Part shown: positions 30,428-39,098 of the stretch, in pieces | Position numbering within the stretch: the stretch's first letter is position 1 | How the letters are laid out: each line of letters begins with the position of its first letter | From: an uncultured Thermoleophilia bacterium | GTDB taxonomy: Bacteria > Actinomycetota > Thermoleophilia > UBA2241 | Length of the DNA stretch: 64,000 nucleotides | Assembly (NCBI GenBank): GCA_963709635.1 | Contig: CAVPXA010000023.1 | Span: forward strand, 20,602 to 84,601 | Reading direction: 5' to 3' | Made by a program: the position numbers and the translations under genes | The notes under the pieces: model-generated | What the model saw: only the letters and a program-made list of their open reading frames with translations | What the model was told of the DNA's origin: nothing | Database searches by the model: none

Positions 30428-31509
30428 ATGATCCACCTCGAGCACACCACCCACATCCAGCACGCGACACAGCGCAAGCTCGCGCGCGCGCCGCTTGGTC
30501 GCGGCCGCCGCGCTGCTGGTCGTCGTGCTCGCGGCGGCCCTGGTGCTCGCGGCCGCCGTGGCCGCTCCGCCGGCGGCGGCCGCTCCCTCGCTCTTCCAGC
30601 TGCAGAAGGAGGCCAAGCGCACCCGCACGGAGATGGCCAACCTTCAGGAGGAACTCCAGACCGTGGGCCAGAAGGTCGTCGACGCGCAGGCCAAGCTCGA
30701 CGAGGTCAACCAGCGCCTCAACCTCACGCGCCGCGAACTCCGGCGCGCGCGAGCAGGACCTCGACCTGCAGCGCGCGATCCTCGCCAAGCGCGCCGCGAT
30801 CCTCTACAAGACCGGCGACTTCGACTGGCTCGACATCCTCTCCAGCATCCAGAGCCTGGCCGACATCGACACCCTCCGCTCGCTGCAGCGCGCGATCGCC
30901 GACCAGGACCGCAAGACCGAGAACGAGGCGCAGGTGCTCGCGCGCGAGGCCCGGCGCCTCGAGCGCGAGGTCGAGAAGGAGCACGAGGAGGCCGTGGTCG
31001 CGGAGCGCGAGGTCCAGCAGCAGAAGATCGAGCTGGACCAGAAGCTCGCCGAGCGCACGGCGATCCTCCAGGACGTCACCAAGCGCATCAAGAAGATCCT
31101 CGCCAGCGGCGGGCTGGGCGCGGCGCTGGCGATGTCCAAGAACGGCCAGTTCACGCAGCTCTCGTGGGCCAAGGCGCTGCTCGTCGCGATGCGGTTCCCG
31201 GTGACGGCCGACAACGTGGCCGCCGTCACCGCCTGGGAGATGGCCGAGGGCGGCCACTGGTACAACACCGCCTACTACAACCCGCTCAACACCACCCAGA
31301 GCATGCCGGGAGCGACGGTGTTCAACTCGGTCGGGGTCAAGGCCTACACCAGCTGGAAGCAGGGCCTCGAGGCGACGATGATCACGCTCAAGAACGGCTA
31401 CTACGGCGGCATCCTCGACGCGCTCAAGCGCGGCAACGACTCCGAGGCCGTGGCCCGCGCCGTCGGCGCCTCGCCCTGGGGCACCGGCGACTTCAGCCGG
31501 CTGCTCTAG
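30428..31509 (+). pseudogene. secreted coiled-coil protein (PcsB/RipA-like N-terminus) with an unassigned conserved C-terminal domain, frameshifted
   Basis: Signal/TM segment VAAAALLVVVLAAALVLAAAVAAPPAAA. Long heptad-like region (LQKEAKRTRTEMANLQEELQTV...LYKTGDFDWLDILSS...EREVQQQKIELDQKLAERT). C-terminal domain motifs are WEMAEGGHWYNTAYYNPLNTT...GVKAYTSWKQGLEATMITL...SPWGTGDF. Shifts near 30490 (if ATG 30428 is the start; otherwise TTG 30495) and near 30748. Confidence 0.65.
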
Positions 31510-31605
31510 CTCCCCCTCGGCTCTTCGCCCCACCTGCGTGACTCCCGGGACCTGTGGGTAGTGAGTACACCACCGCCGGCGCAGTCGAGAGCGAGGAGCT
31601 GGGCT

Positions 31606-31918
31606 ATGTCGTTTCAGGCCTATCTGGACAACATCGAAGCGAAGACCGGCAAGACCCCCAACGAGTTCATCGCCCTGGCCGCGGAACGGGGCTACGACGA
31701 TCCGGCAACCAAGGCAGATGAGATCGTCTCATGGCTCAAGGCCGACTACGGGTTAGGTCGCGGCCACGCCATGGCACTGGTGTACGTCATACGGAACGGC
31801 GCGCAGATCGGTGACAAGCATGTCGGCGCCGGGGGCTCGCACGGCGACGCGTCGAACTACGCTGCGGCTGGATGGGATGAAGCAGGACGATGCGCCGGAA
31901 TCGTCGACGGACCTGTGA
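31606..31918 (+). pseudogene. DUF4287 domain protein, probable frameshift near the C-terminus
   Basis: MSFQAYLDNIEAKTGKTPNEFIALAAERGY...WLKADYGLGRGHAMALVYVIRNG. GAGGAG lies upstream of ATG 31606. After GSHGDAS the family-like ending TTLRLDGMKQDD...* is one frame over (AA run near 31855). The uncorrected ORF ends at 31974. Confidence 0.55.
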
Positions 31919-31985
31919 TGACCGCACGTCTGGCCCAGCGAAGTCCCAGCGACGATCATTCGGAGTCTAGGTAGAGAGGTGCAGG

Positions 31986-32354
31986 ATGATCTGTCCGAAC
32001 TGCGGCGCGGAATACCAGGCCGGATTCACGCGCTGCTCGGACTGCCTCGTCGACCTGGTCGAGCCCGGCGCGGAGCCGGAGCCCGGCGCGGAGCCCGCGG
32101 TCGCTCCAGAGCCGGCCGGGCGCGGTCCGGCAGCGCTCACCGATCCGGTCTGCGTCTACCGCTCGACGCAGCGCGGTCGCCTGCCGCTCGCCGAGTCGCT
32201 CCTGCGCTCCGCCGGGATCCCCTTCGTCGCCTCGGGCGAGCACCTGCAGCAACTCACCGGCCTCGACGTCTTCGGTCCCGCGGAGCTCTGCGTCTCCGCC
32301 GCCGACGCCGACGACGCCCGCGCAGTGCTCGTCGACCTTGACCGGCAGGGATAG
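31986..32354 (+). CDS. zinc-ribbon + DUF2007-like small protein
   Basis: Intact 122-aa ORF. It has CPNCGAEYQAGFTRCSDC, then a Pro/Glu/Ala linker, then VCVYRSTQRGRLPLAESLLRSAGIPFV...ADDARAVL. Confidence 0.55.
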   Translation: MICPNCGAEYQAGFTRCSDCLVDLVEPGAEPEPGAEPAVAPEPAGRGPAALTDPVCVYRSTQRGRLPLAESLLRSAGIPFVASGEHLQQLTGLDVFGPAELCVSAADADDARAVLVDLDRQG

Positions 32355-32440
32355 CGCTGGGCGCGACCGACAGGGGTGGGCGCTGAGTTGGACGTTCTGC
32401 TCTGCGTCCGGTGAGGTAGTCTCCGTGCGGAGGTGCTCCT

Positions 32441-32893
32441 GTGGCAAAGGCAACGTCAAGTTCCGCGCACGACAGCAGGCCGCCGGGCGACGACGAACTG
32501 GTCAGCCTTCTGGGCAGGTCCCATGAGGCGTTCCAGGCACTCGCCCATGACCGGGCCGGAGTCACTTGCGAGTGGAAGCGGTACAGCAAGAAAGGGCCAT
32601 GGGTGTTGAAGGTCGGCAAGGGCGAGCGCACGCTGTTCTACCTGATCCCGCAAGCCGACCAGTTCGAGGTGACCGTGATCCTTGGGCAGCGCGCGACCGA
32701 TGCAGCGCTTGCCGGTCGGGTTCGACCAGAGCTTCATGCGACCATCCGATCCGCGAAGCCGTATGTCGAAGGTCGCCCAGTGAAGGTGCTGGTCACCGAC
32801 CGGGAGGACCTGGCGGCCGTTGAGGAGCTGGTGACCGTGAAACTGAAGCCAGAGATGCCTTCGACCGACGTGGCGCATGAACCTGGCGCGTGA
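32441..32893 (+). CDS. DUF3788-like hypothetical protein
   Basis: Intact 150-aa ORF (CEWKRYSKKGPWVLKVGKGERTLFYLIPQADQFEVTVILG). The family assignment is from memory and the start is uncertain. Confidence 0.45.
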   Translation: MAKATSSSAHDSRPPGDDELVSLLGRSHEAFQALAHDRAGVTCEWKRYSKKGPWVLKVGKGERTLFYLIPQADQFEVTVILGQRATDAALAGRVRPELHATIRSAKPYVEGRPVKVLVTDREDLAAVEELVTVKLKPEMPSTDVAHEPGA

Positions 32894-33425
32894 TGTGCGG
32901 ATCGCTGAGGCCACCGCCTCCGATCTCGAACACGTGCTGGGAGTAGAGCGTCAAGCGTTCGGCGAAGAGGACGTGGCGGGTCTCGTGCGCGATCTGGTTG
33001 ACGACCCGAGCGCGCGGCCACTTCTCTCGCTGCTCGCATGGGACGGTGATCGCCCGGTGGGGCACGTGATGTTCACCGCCGCGCGACTGGACGGTGCGCC
33101 GGACGACGTCACTGTCTCGATCCTGGCCCCACTGGCGGTCGTGCCCGACGCTCAGCGCATGGGCATCGGCGGGCGCCTGACTGAGGAGGGCGTCCGTCGG
33201 CTCAGCGAGTCGGGGGTCGATCTCGTCTTCGTGCTCGGGCACCCCAGCTACTATCCTCGCCACGGCTTCGAACCCGCGAGTCATCTCGGATTGGTGGCTC
33301 CGTACCCTGTCTCCCCGGAGGACGCCTGGATGGTGCGGGCGCTTCGTCCAGACATCATCGGATCCGTTCGAGGGGTTGTAGCGTGTGCGGAAGCGTTGGA
33401 CAGACCGGAACACTGGCGAGAGTAG
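32877..33425 (+). CDS. GNAT family N-acetyltransferase
   Basis: Intact 182-aa ORF with acetyl-CoA binding motif VVPDAQRMGIGGRL and C-terminal YYPRHGF. It overlaps the upstream gene by 17 nt. Confidence 0.75.
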   Translation: MNLARDVRIAEATASDLEHVLGVERQAFGEEDVAGLVRDLVDDPSARPLLSLLAWDGDRPVGHVMFTAARLDGAPDDVTVSILAPLAVVPDAQRMGIGGRLTEEGVRRLSESGVDLVFVLGHPSYYPRHGFEPASHLGLVAPYPVSPEDAWMVRALRPDIIGSVRGVVACAEALDRPEHWRE

Positions 33426-33430
33426 GAGCA

Positions 33431-33761
33431 ATGGCCTCAGACCTGGGATTCGTCGAGTACGTGTGCGACCAGATGCGCGACGCCGGGCGGATCAGATCGC
33501 GCAAGATGTTCGGCGAGTTCGCGATCTACTGCGACGACAAGCTCGTCGCGCTCGTCTGCGACGACCAGCTGTTCGTGAAGCCGACGCCGGGCGGCCGGGC
33601 GTTCATCGGCGCGCCCGTCGAGTCGCCGCCCTACCCGGGCGCCAAGCCGGCCTTCCTGATCGAGGACCACCTCGACGACCGCGAGTGGATGACCGGGCTC
33701 ATCGAGCTCACGTGTGCGCGACCTGCCCGCGCCGAAGCCGAAGAGGCCGAAGCGCACGTGA
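33431..33761 (+). pseudogene. TfoX/Sxy N-terminal domain protein, probable frameshift near the C-terminus
   Basis: MASDLGFVEYVCDQMRDAGRIRSRKMFGEFAIYCDDKLVALVCDDQLFVK. The typical ending LPAPKPKRPKRT* is one frame over from about 33718 (TGA 33759-33761). The uncorrected ORF ends at 33790. Confidence 0.6.
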
Positions 33762-33883
33762 GCTGGCACGGGCGACAGCGCAAGCGCTGACCGGCGCCGG
33801 CGAGCGACACGCCTGGCGCTTGCTGTAGTACCCTCAAGCTGCGGCCGGCGCCGGTCCTGCGCGGCGCGCCGGCCCCACCGCTC

Positions 33884-34987
33884 GTGAGCAGAAAGGTCTC
33901 GTTGGCCGACATCCCAGCACTCGAAGCGCTCGGCTACTCCCCGCGCTGGCAGGCGCTCTTCGAGCCCTTCGACGAGCAGGGTCTCACGCCGGCGCGCGTC
34001 ATCCGCAGCGACCGCGGCAGCTCCCTGGTCGCCACGCCGGCCGGGATCGCCCCTGCGCAGCTCTCCGTCCGTCTCTTGAAGGCTGCTCGCGGCACGGCCG
34101 AGATGCCGGCCGTCGGTGACTGGGTGGCCGTGCTCACCGGCGACGATCTCGACGCCCCGCTCATCGAGGCCGTGCTCGAGCGCGCCAGCGCCATCACCCG
34201 CGGCGACCCGGGCCGGGCCTCCGACGTCCAGGTGCTGGCCGCCAACATCGACACGGTGTTCATCGTGCACCCGATCGCCGACCCGCCCAACCTCCGCCGC
34301 ATCGAGCGTGAGCTCTCTCTCGCGTGGGACTCGGGCGCCTCTCCGGTCGTGGTGCTCACCAAGGCGGACCTCTCCGCCGACCCGGAGGCGGCGCGCTCGG
34401 CGGTCGAGTCGGTCGCGCTCGGCGTCGACGTGCTCATCACGAACGCCCTCTCGGGCGACAGCGCAGACCTGCTCCTGGCGTACATCACCGGTGATCGCAC
34501 CGCGGTTCTGGTCGGGCCTTCAGGCGCGGGGAAGTCCACGCTCATCAACGGGCTCCTCGGCGAGCAGAGACAGGCGACGAGCGAGGTGCGCGTCGGCGAC
34601 GGAAGGGGACGCCACACGACCGTCGCTCGCGAGCTGATCCAGATGCCGCAAGGCGGCGTGCTCATCGACACTCCGGGGCTCCGGGCGCTGGGCCTGACCG
34701 GGTCGGAGGAGGGCATCGCCTCGGTCTTCCCGGACATCGAGGAGGCTGCCCAGTCATGCCGGTTCCGCGACTGCACACACGACCACGAGCCGGGCTGCGC
34801 GGTCCGGGCCGCGGTCGAGTCGGGATCCCTGGAGCCCGAGCGTCTGGCCAGCTACCACAAGCTGCTGGCCGAGGCGCAGGAGGTGGCGGCCAGGGCGGAC
34901 GGACGTCTTCGCGCCGAGAGGGAGCGCAAGTCGAAGACGATCAGCAAGGCCGCCAAGGACTACTTCAAGCTGACCGGCAAGGACTGA
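33884..34987 (+). CDS. rsgA: ribosome small subunit-dependent GTPase A
   Basis: Intact 367-aa ORF. Circularly permuted GTPase motifs (VLTKADL, GPSGAGKSTLIN, DTPG) and zinc knuckle CRFRDCTHDHEPGC. Confidence 0.9.
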   Translation: MSRKVSLADIPALEALGYSPRWQALFEPFDEQGLTPARVIRSDRGSSLVATPAGIAPAQLSVRLLKAARGTAEMPAVGDWVAVLTGDDLDAPLIEAVLERASAITRGDPGRASDVQVLAANIDTVFIVHPIADPPNLRRIERELSLAWDSGASPVVVLTKADLSADPEAARSAVESVALGVDVLITNALSGDSADLLLAYITGDRTAVLVGPSGAGKSTLINGLLGEQRQATSEVRVGDGRGRHTTVARELIQMPQGGVLIDTPGLRALGLTGSEEGIASVFPDIEEAAQSCRFRDCTHDHEPGCAVRAAVESGSLEPERLASYHKLLAEAQEVAARADGRLRAERERKSKTISKAAKDYFKLTGKD

Positions 34988-35029
34988 GCGCTCCGGACTC
35001 GGCGGCCGGGAGATCCGCCGGAGACCCTT

Positions 35030-35518
35030 CTACGCGCTCTCTCTGACGATCTCGATCGCGGCCTTGCCGGTCATGTGCTCGACCGCGAGCTCGAACGCGC
35101 ACGTCCTCTTCCACTCGCCGTCGATCTCGGCGTCCGCCGCGTGCATGAAGTCGGGTGAGTACTTCCTCGCGAGGCACTCGAGGGCGTGCCTCTTCTCGCC
35201 GTCCTCCGTGAGGATCCGCAGCCGGCCGAAGACGACGGCGCTGCGGAAGTGCGTGGTGAACGTGCTCGGCACGACGTCGTCCGCGGCGATGACGCAGAAC
35301 GACGCCTTCTCGCTGCGCCCGATGGCGTCGATCTTGTGGCCGGCCTTCGCGGAGTGGAAGTAGAGCCTGCCGTCCTCGTAGGCGAAGCTCAGGGGGACGG
35401 CATATGGATAGTCGTCGTCACCCTGCACCGCCAGGACCCCCGAGGTGCAGGACTCCAGCATCGCGATCGTCTCCGCCTCGGGGAGCAGCTGCCGCTTGCG
35501 CCTCATCCCTCTGAACAT
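35030..35518 (-). CDS. pyridoxamine 5'-phosphate oxidase family protein (NimA-like)
   Basis: Intact 162-aa ORF (MRRKRQLLPEAETIAMLESCTSGVLAV...PYAVPLSFAYEDGRLYFHSAKAGHK). Confidence 0.75.
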   Translation of the reverse strand: MFRGMRRKRQLLPEAETIAMLESCTSGVLAVQGDDDYPYAVPLSFAYEDGRLYFHSAKAGHKIDAIGRSEKASFCVIAADDVVPSTFTTHFRSAVVFGRLRILTEDGEKRHALECLARKYSPDFMHAADAEIDGEWKRTCAFELAVEHMTGKAAIEIVRESA

Positions 35519-35549
35519 GTTGCTCCTCTCGGTTCGATCGACGCCTGAC

Positions 35550-35951
35550 TCAGGCCGGAGTGCATCTCGCCCTGATCCAGTCGGCGAACGCGTTCTCAGC
35601 CAGATCGCCCCCCGCCGGGGCCAGCATGTGGGTGACCACGTCGGCCTCGTCAGTCTCGAACACGACTCCGTTCAGCTCGAGGAAGACGGCCATCGCCACG
35701 AAGGCGATGCGCTTGTTGCCGTCGTGGAATGGATGTCCGGCCGCCAGGCCGTGGCAGTAGGCCGCCGCCAGCTCGGCGAGGTCGGCCTCGGGTCGATAGG
35801 CCCTGCGCTGCCGCGGCCGGGCGAGGGCAGCCTCGAGGGCGTGCTCGTCGCGCAGACCGGGCATGCCGCCGTGCTCGCGGACGAGGTCGAACTGCACCGC
35901 TTCGACGACCAGGCGGTCGACCCAGCGCGGCTCTCCGCGGGCGGGCGCCAT
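35550..35951 (-). CDS. doc: type II toxin Doc (Fic/DOC family)
   Basis: Intact 133-aa ORF with Fic motif HPFHDGNKRIAF. It lies 3 nt downstream of the antitoxin gene. Confidence 0.85.
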   Translation of the reverse strand: MAPARGEPRWVDRLVVEAVQFDLVREHGGMPGLRDEHALEAALARPRQRRAYRPEADLAELAAAYCHGLAAGHPFHDGNKRIAFVAMAVFLELNGVVFETDEADVVTHMLAPAGGDLAENAFADWIRARCTPA

Positions 35952-35954
35952 CGG

Positions 35955-36182
35955 CTAGTTGGCCAGCTCGCGCAGCGCGTTGCGGTAGCGCCCGGCCACC
36001 TTGCCGGCGATCGCGAGCGCCTCCTCGACCTCCGGGTCGTAGGGCGTGAGCAGGATGCCTCTCTCGGTCTCAACGGCGAGCACCCTGTCGCCGGCCGTGA
36101 GGTGCAGCCGCTCCGCCATGTCCTTGGGCAGCGTGGCGCTGATCGAGCCGCCGGCTCGGCGGAGCTTGAGCTCGTGCGTCAT
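35955..36182 (-). CDS. AbrB/MazE/SpoVT-type antitoxin (Phd-like partner of Doc)
   Basis: MTHELKLRRAGGSISATLPKDMAERLHLTAGDRVLAVETERGILLTP. ATG 36182 is preceded by GGAGGAATCCG. Confidence 0.75.
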   Translation of the reverse strand: MTHELKLRRAGGSISATLPKDMAERLHLTAGDRVLAVETERGILLTPYDPEVEEALAIAGKVAGRYRNALRELAN

Positions 36183-36279
36183 CGGATTCCTCCGTCGCGT
36201 AGTCCTGTAGCACTTGAATGCTACCACGCGGCGACCTCGCCCATGCATCCCGGCCGCGCGGCGTGGGAAGAGTACCGGC

Positions 36280-36516
36280 ATGTTCGGTCGTCACCGCATC
36301 AAGCCTCCGGAGCACGAGCCGCTCGTGACCGACCGTCACGGGAGGGTGGTCGGCGTACGCACGCCGCCGCCCAGCCCGCCCGAGGAGACGAAGGCCGGCC
36401 TCGCGTGGCGCCGGCGCCGGGACCTCGCGAGGACCGGGGAGATGCACGCGCAGGCCGCGCTGCGGAACCAGTTCGCGGCCTTCCACGTCGACCCGGCCTC
36501 CTCGCCGAAACGCTGA
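36280..36516 (+). CDS. hypothetical small basic protein
   Basis: 78-codon ORF from ATG 36280, ending 9 nt before the protease gene. No recognisable motif, so coding status is uncertain. Confidence 0.3.
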   Translation: MFGRHRIKPPEHEPLVTDRHGRVVGVRTPPPSPPEETKAGLAWRRRRDLARTGEMHAQAALRNQFAAFHVDPASSPKR

Positions 36517-36525
36517 GGGCCGGGC

Positions 36526-37368
36526 ATGGGCTCCTGGATCCTCCTCGCAGTCGTCATCGCCGTGGCGCTGCTGTGGCTCCTGCCACAGTACTTCCGCCGG
36601 CGGCGCGACCGGCGCCGGCGCCGCCTCATCCAGGACATCGAGCGGCGGCGGGAGTCGCGGCTCATCACGCTGATCCACCGGCAGGAGGGATTCGGCCTCT
36701 TCATGCCGTTCGGCCGCTACATCGACATCGACGACTCGGAGCAGGTGCTGCGGGCCATCCGGCTCACGCCGGACGACATGCCCATCGACCTGCTGCTGCA
36801 CACGCCCGGCGGCCTCGTGCTCGCCAGCGACCAGATCGCCTACGCGCTCAAGCGTCACCCGGGCAAGGTCACGGTGATCGTGCCGCACTACGCGATGTCC
36901 GGCGGAACGCTGGTCGCCCTGGCCGCCGACGCGATCCTCATGGACCCCGACGCGGTGCTCGGCCCTGTGGACCCGCAGCTCGGCAGCCTGCCGCGCGGGT
37001 CGTGGCCGGCGGCCTCGATCCTCAAGGCGCTGGAGCAGGAGAACCCCAACCGGGACGACGAGACGCTGATCCTGGGTGACGTGGCGCGCAAGGCCATAGA
37101 CCAGGTGCGCGCCACGGCGCGGGAACTGCTGGATGGGCGCGTGCCCGACGAGGAGGCGGACCGGCTGGCGGCGACGCTCAGCGAGGGCCGCTGGACGCAC
37201 GACTACCCGATCCGGCTGGAGGAGGCCGGGCGGCTCGGGCTGCCCGTCTCCGGGGACGTGCCCGAGCTCGTCTACGAGCTCATGAACCTCTACCCGCGGC
37301 GCAGCCAGCGGCGGCCCTCCGTGGAGTTCATCCCCACGCCGTACCGGGCGAAGGGCGGCGACGAGTGA
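36526..37368 (+). CDS. membrane-anchored SDH-family (ClpP/SppA-fold) serine protease
   Basis: Intact 280-aa ORF. N-terminal TM helix, then LLLHTPGGLVLASDQIAYAL...VPHYAMSGGTLVALAAD, as in the serine dehydrogenase proteinase family. Confidence 0.7.
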   Translation: MGSWILLAVVIAVALLWLLPQYFRRRRDRRRRRLIQDIERRRESRLITLIHRQEGFGLFMPFGRYIDIDDSEQVLRAIRLTPDDMPIDLLLHTPGGLVLASDQIAYALKRHPGKVTVIVPHYAMSGGTLVALAADAILMDPDAVLGPVDPQLGSLPRGSWPAASILKALEQENPNRDDETLILGDVARKAIDQVRATARELLDGRVPDEEADRLAATLSEGRWTHDYPIRLEEAGRLGLPVSGDVPELVYELMNLYPRRSQRRPSVEFIPTPYRAKGGDE

Positions 37369-38132
37369 GCGAGGACGCGCGCACGCCGAGGGCGGCCGGG
37401 CAGGCCGAGGACCTCGGCCAGGCGTACCTGAGGCAGACGCGGCACAGCCGCGACCGCCTCGTCGGCGGGCGCATGGACTGGGCGCACCAGCCGGCGTGGT
37501 TCAAGACGTATCCGGACGCCGCGCGCGTGCCGTTGCCGGAGCCCGCGCTCGACGGCGGCACGCTGTTCGACGCGCTGGCGCGGCGGCGAAGCGTGCGCGC
37601 GTACGGGCCGGAGCCGCTCGCCCTCGGCGAGCTCTCGGCCCTGCTGTGGGCGGCCGCCGGGGTCACGGCGCGGCAGCAGGGCTTCGCCTTCCGCACCGCG
37701 CCGTCGGCCGGCGGCCTCTTCCCCGTCGAGCACTACGTGGTGGCCAACCGTGTCGAGGGCCTCGAGAGCGGCCTGTACCACTACGACGTCCTGAGCCGCG
37801 CGCTCGAGCGCCTCGTGGTCGCCGACCTGCGCGTGCCCGTGGCGAACGCCGCCCTCGGGCAGCGCATCTGCGCGGACGCGCAGGCGGTGTTCGTGTGGAC
37901 GGCAGTGCTGGAGCGCTCGCGCTGGAAGTACGGGGAGCGCTTCGCGCGCTACGTGCTGCTCGACGCCGGCCACATCGCCGAGAACGTAGCGCTCGCGGCG
38001 GTGGCGCTGGGCCTCGGCACCTGCCAGATCGCCGCCTTCTTCGACGAGGAGGCGGCGGCGCTCCTGGGCGTGGACCCGGACGTGGAGCCGGTCATCTACA
38101 TGAGCACGGCGGGACGCCCGGCGGAGACGTAG
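37365..38132 (+). CDS. SagB/ThcOx-type dehydrogenase (nitroreductase superfamily)
   Basis: Intact 255-aa ORF. Its start overlaps the protease stop (ATGA 37365-37368). Motifs: RRSVRAY, TAPSAGGLFP, LLDAGHIAENVALAA. Confidence 0.75.
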   Translation: MSEDARTPRAAGQAEDLGQAYLRQTRHSRDRLVGGRMDWAHQPAWFKTYPDAARVPLPEPALDGGTLFDALARRRSVRAYGPEPLALGELSALLWAAAGVTARQQGFAFRTAPSAGGLFPVEHYVVANRVEGLESGLYHYDVLSRALERLVVADLRVPVANAALGQRICADAQAVFVWTAVLERSRWKYGERFARYVLLDAGHIAENVALAAVALGLGTCQIAAFFDEEAAALLGVDPDVEPVIYMSTAGRPAET

Positions 38133-38168
38133 GACGGCGGACCGGTCGGCGTCGCGGCCCGCCCGCGA

Positions 38169-39026
38169 CTACAGACGCGCCGCGAGCCAGGCCGCGAGGT
38201 CCTCGAAGACCCGCGCGCGCTCCGTCTCGTTGAAGCACTCGTGGTAGAGCCCCTCGTAGCGCTCGATGCTCTTGTCCGCCGACGACGCCCGGGCGTAGAG
38301 CGCCTCGATGAAGGCGAAGTCGACCACCTGGTCTTCGGTGCCGTACAGCACCAGCAGCGGCAGCGAGATGCTCTCGGCGGCTGCCATGGCCGCGTCCTGC
38401 GCGGCCAGCGTCTCCGCCGCCCACCGCGCCGGCGCGACGTGGTGCACGAGCGGGTCGGTGACGTAGGCCTCCACCACCGACCGGTCGTGGGAGAGCTGCG
38501 CGGCCCGCACTGTGTTGCCGATGTCGTGGTGGGGCCACACCTTGGCCATCGCCCGCGCGGCCACGACTCTGGCCGGCGGCACCGCCTCGGCCAGCTGCAG
38601 GAACGGCGACGAGAGGACCAGGCCGCGCACCTCCGGCGTGCGCTCCTCGGCGAACCGCGAGCAGATGAGGCCTCCCAGACTGTGCCCGAGCAGGAACAGA
38701 GGCGCGTCCGGCTGCAGGCGGCGGACCTCGTCGAGATACGCGGCGGTGTCGTCGAGGTACTCGTCGAACCGCTTGACCTGGCCGCGCCTGCCCGACGACT
38801 GCCCATGGCCGCGCAGGTCGTACACGTACACGGCGTAGCCGCGCGCGGCCATGTCCTCGCCGAACCAGACGTAGCGGCCGCCGTGGTCGCCGTACCCGTG
38901 GACCACGGCGATCGCCGCGGACGGCGCCGGCGGGTGCTCCAGGTCCGGGCCGGCCGGCAGCCACGCCTGCAGGTGCAGGCGCTCCCCGCCGGCCATGAAC
39001 TGTGAGGAGGTGTGGCGGTTCTCCAT
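38169..39026 (-). CDS. alpha/beta hydrolase (lysophospholipase / monoacylglycerol lipase-like)
   Basis: Intact from ATG 39026. Motifs: VVHGYGDHGGRY, nucleophile elbow GHSLGG, C-terminal YEGLYHECFNE. Confidence 0.8.
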   Translation of the reverse strand: MENRHTSSQFMAGGERLHLQAWLPAGPDLEHPPAPSAAIAVVHGYGDHGGRYVWFGEDMAARGYAVYVYDLRGHGQSSGRRGQVKRFDEYLDDTAAYLDEVRRLQPDAPLFLLGHSLGGLICSRFAEERTPEVRGLVLSSPFLQLAEAVPPARVVAARAMAKVWPHHDIGNTVRAAQLSHDRSVVEAYVTDPLVHHVAPARWAAETLAAQDAAMAAAESISLPLLVLYGTEDQVVDFAFIEALYARASSADKSIERYEGLYHECFNETERARVFEDLAAWLAARL

Positions 39027-39098
39027 GGCACGAAGCCTACACGGCGGCGGGGCGCTCGTCTTCCTGCTAAAGTCGAGGGCTACCGACCCGGAGGGAAG

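Noticed and set aside
36280-36516. RiPP precursor peptide for the SagB-type dehydrogenase (and similarly near the radical SAM gene at 43487-43601 and 45156-45288)
   Set aside because: The small ORF is Arg/Pro-rich with no Cys/Ser/Thr-rich core. There is no YcaO or cyclodehydratase. The radical SAM flanks contain no plausible small ORF.
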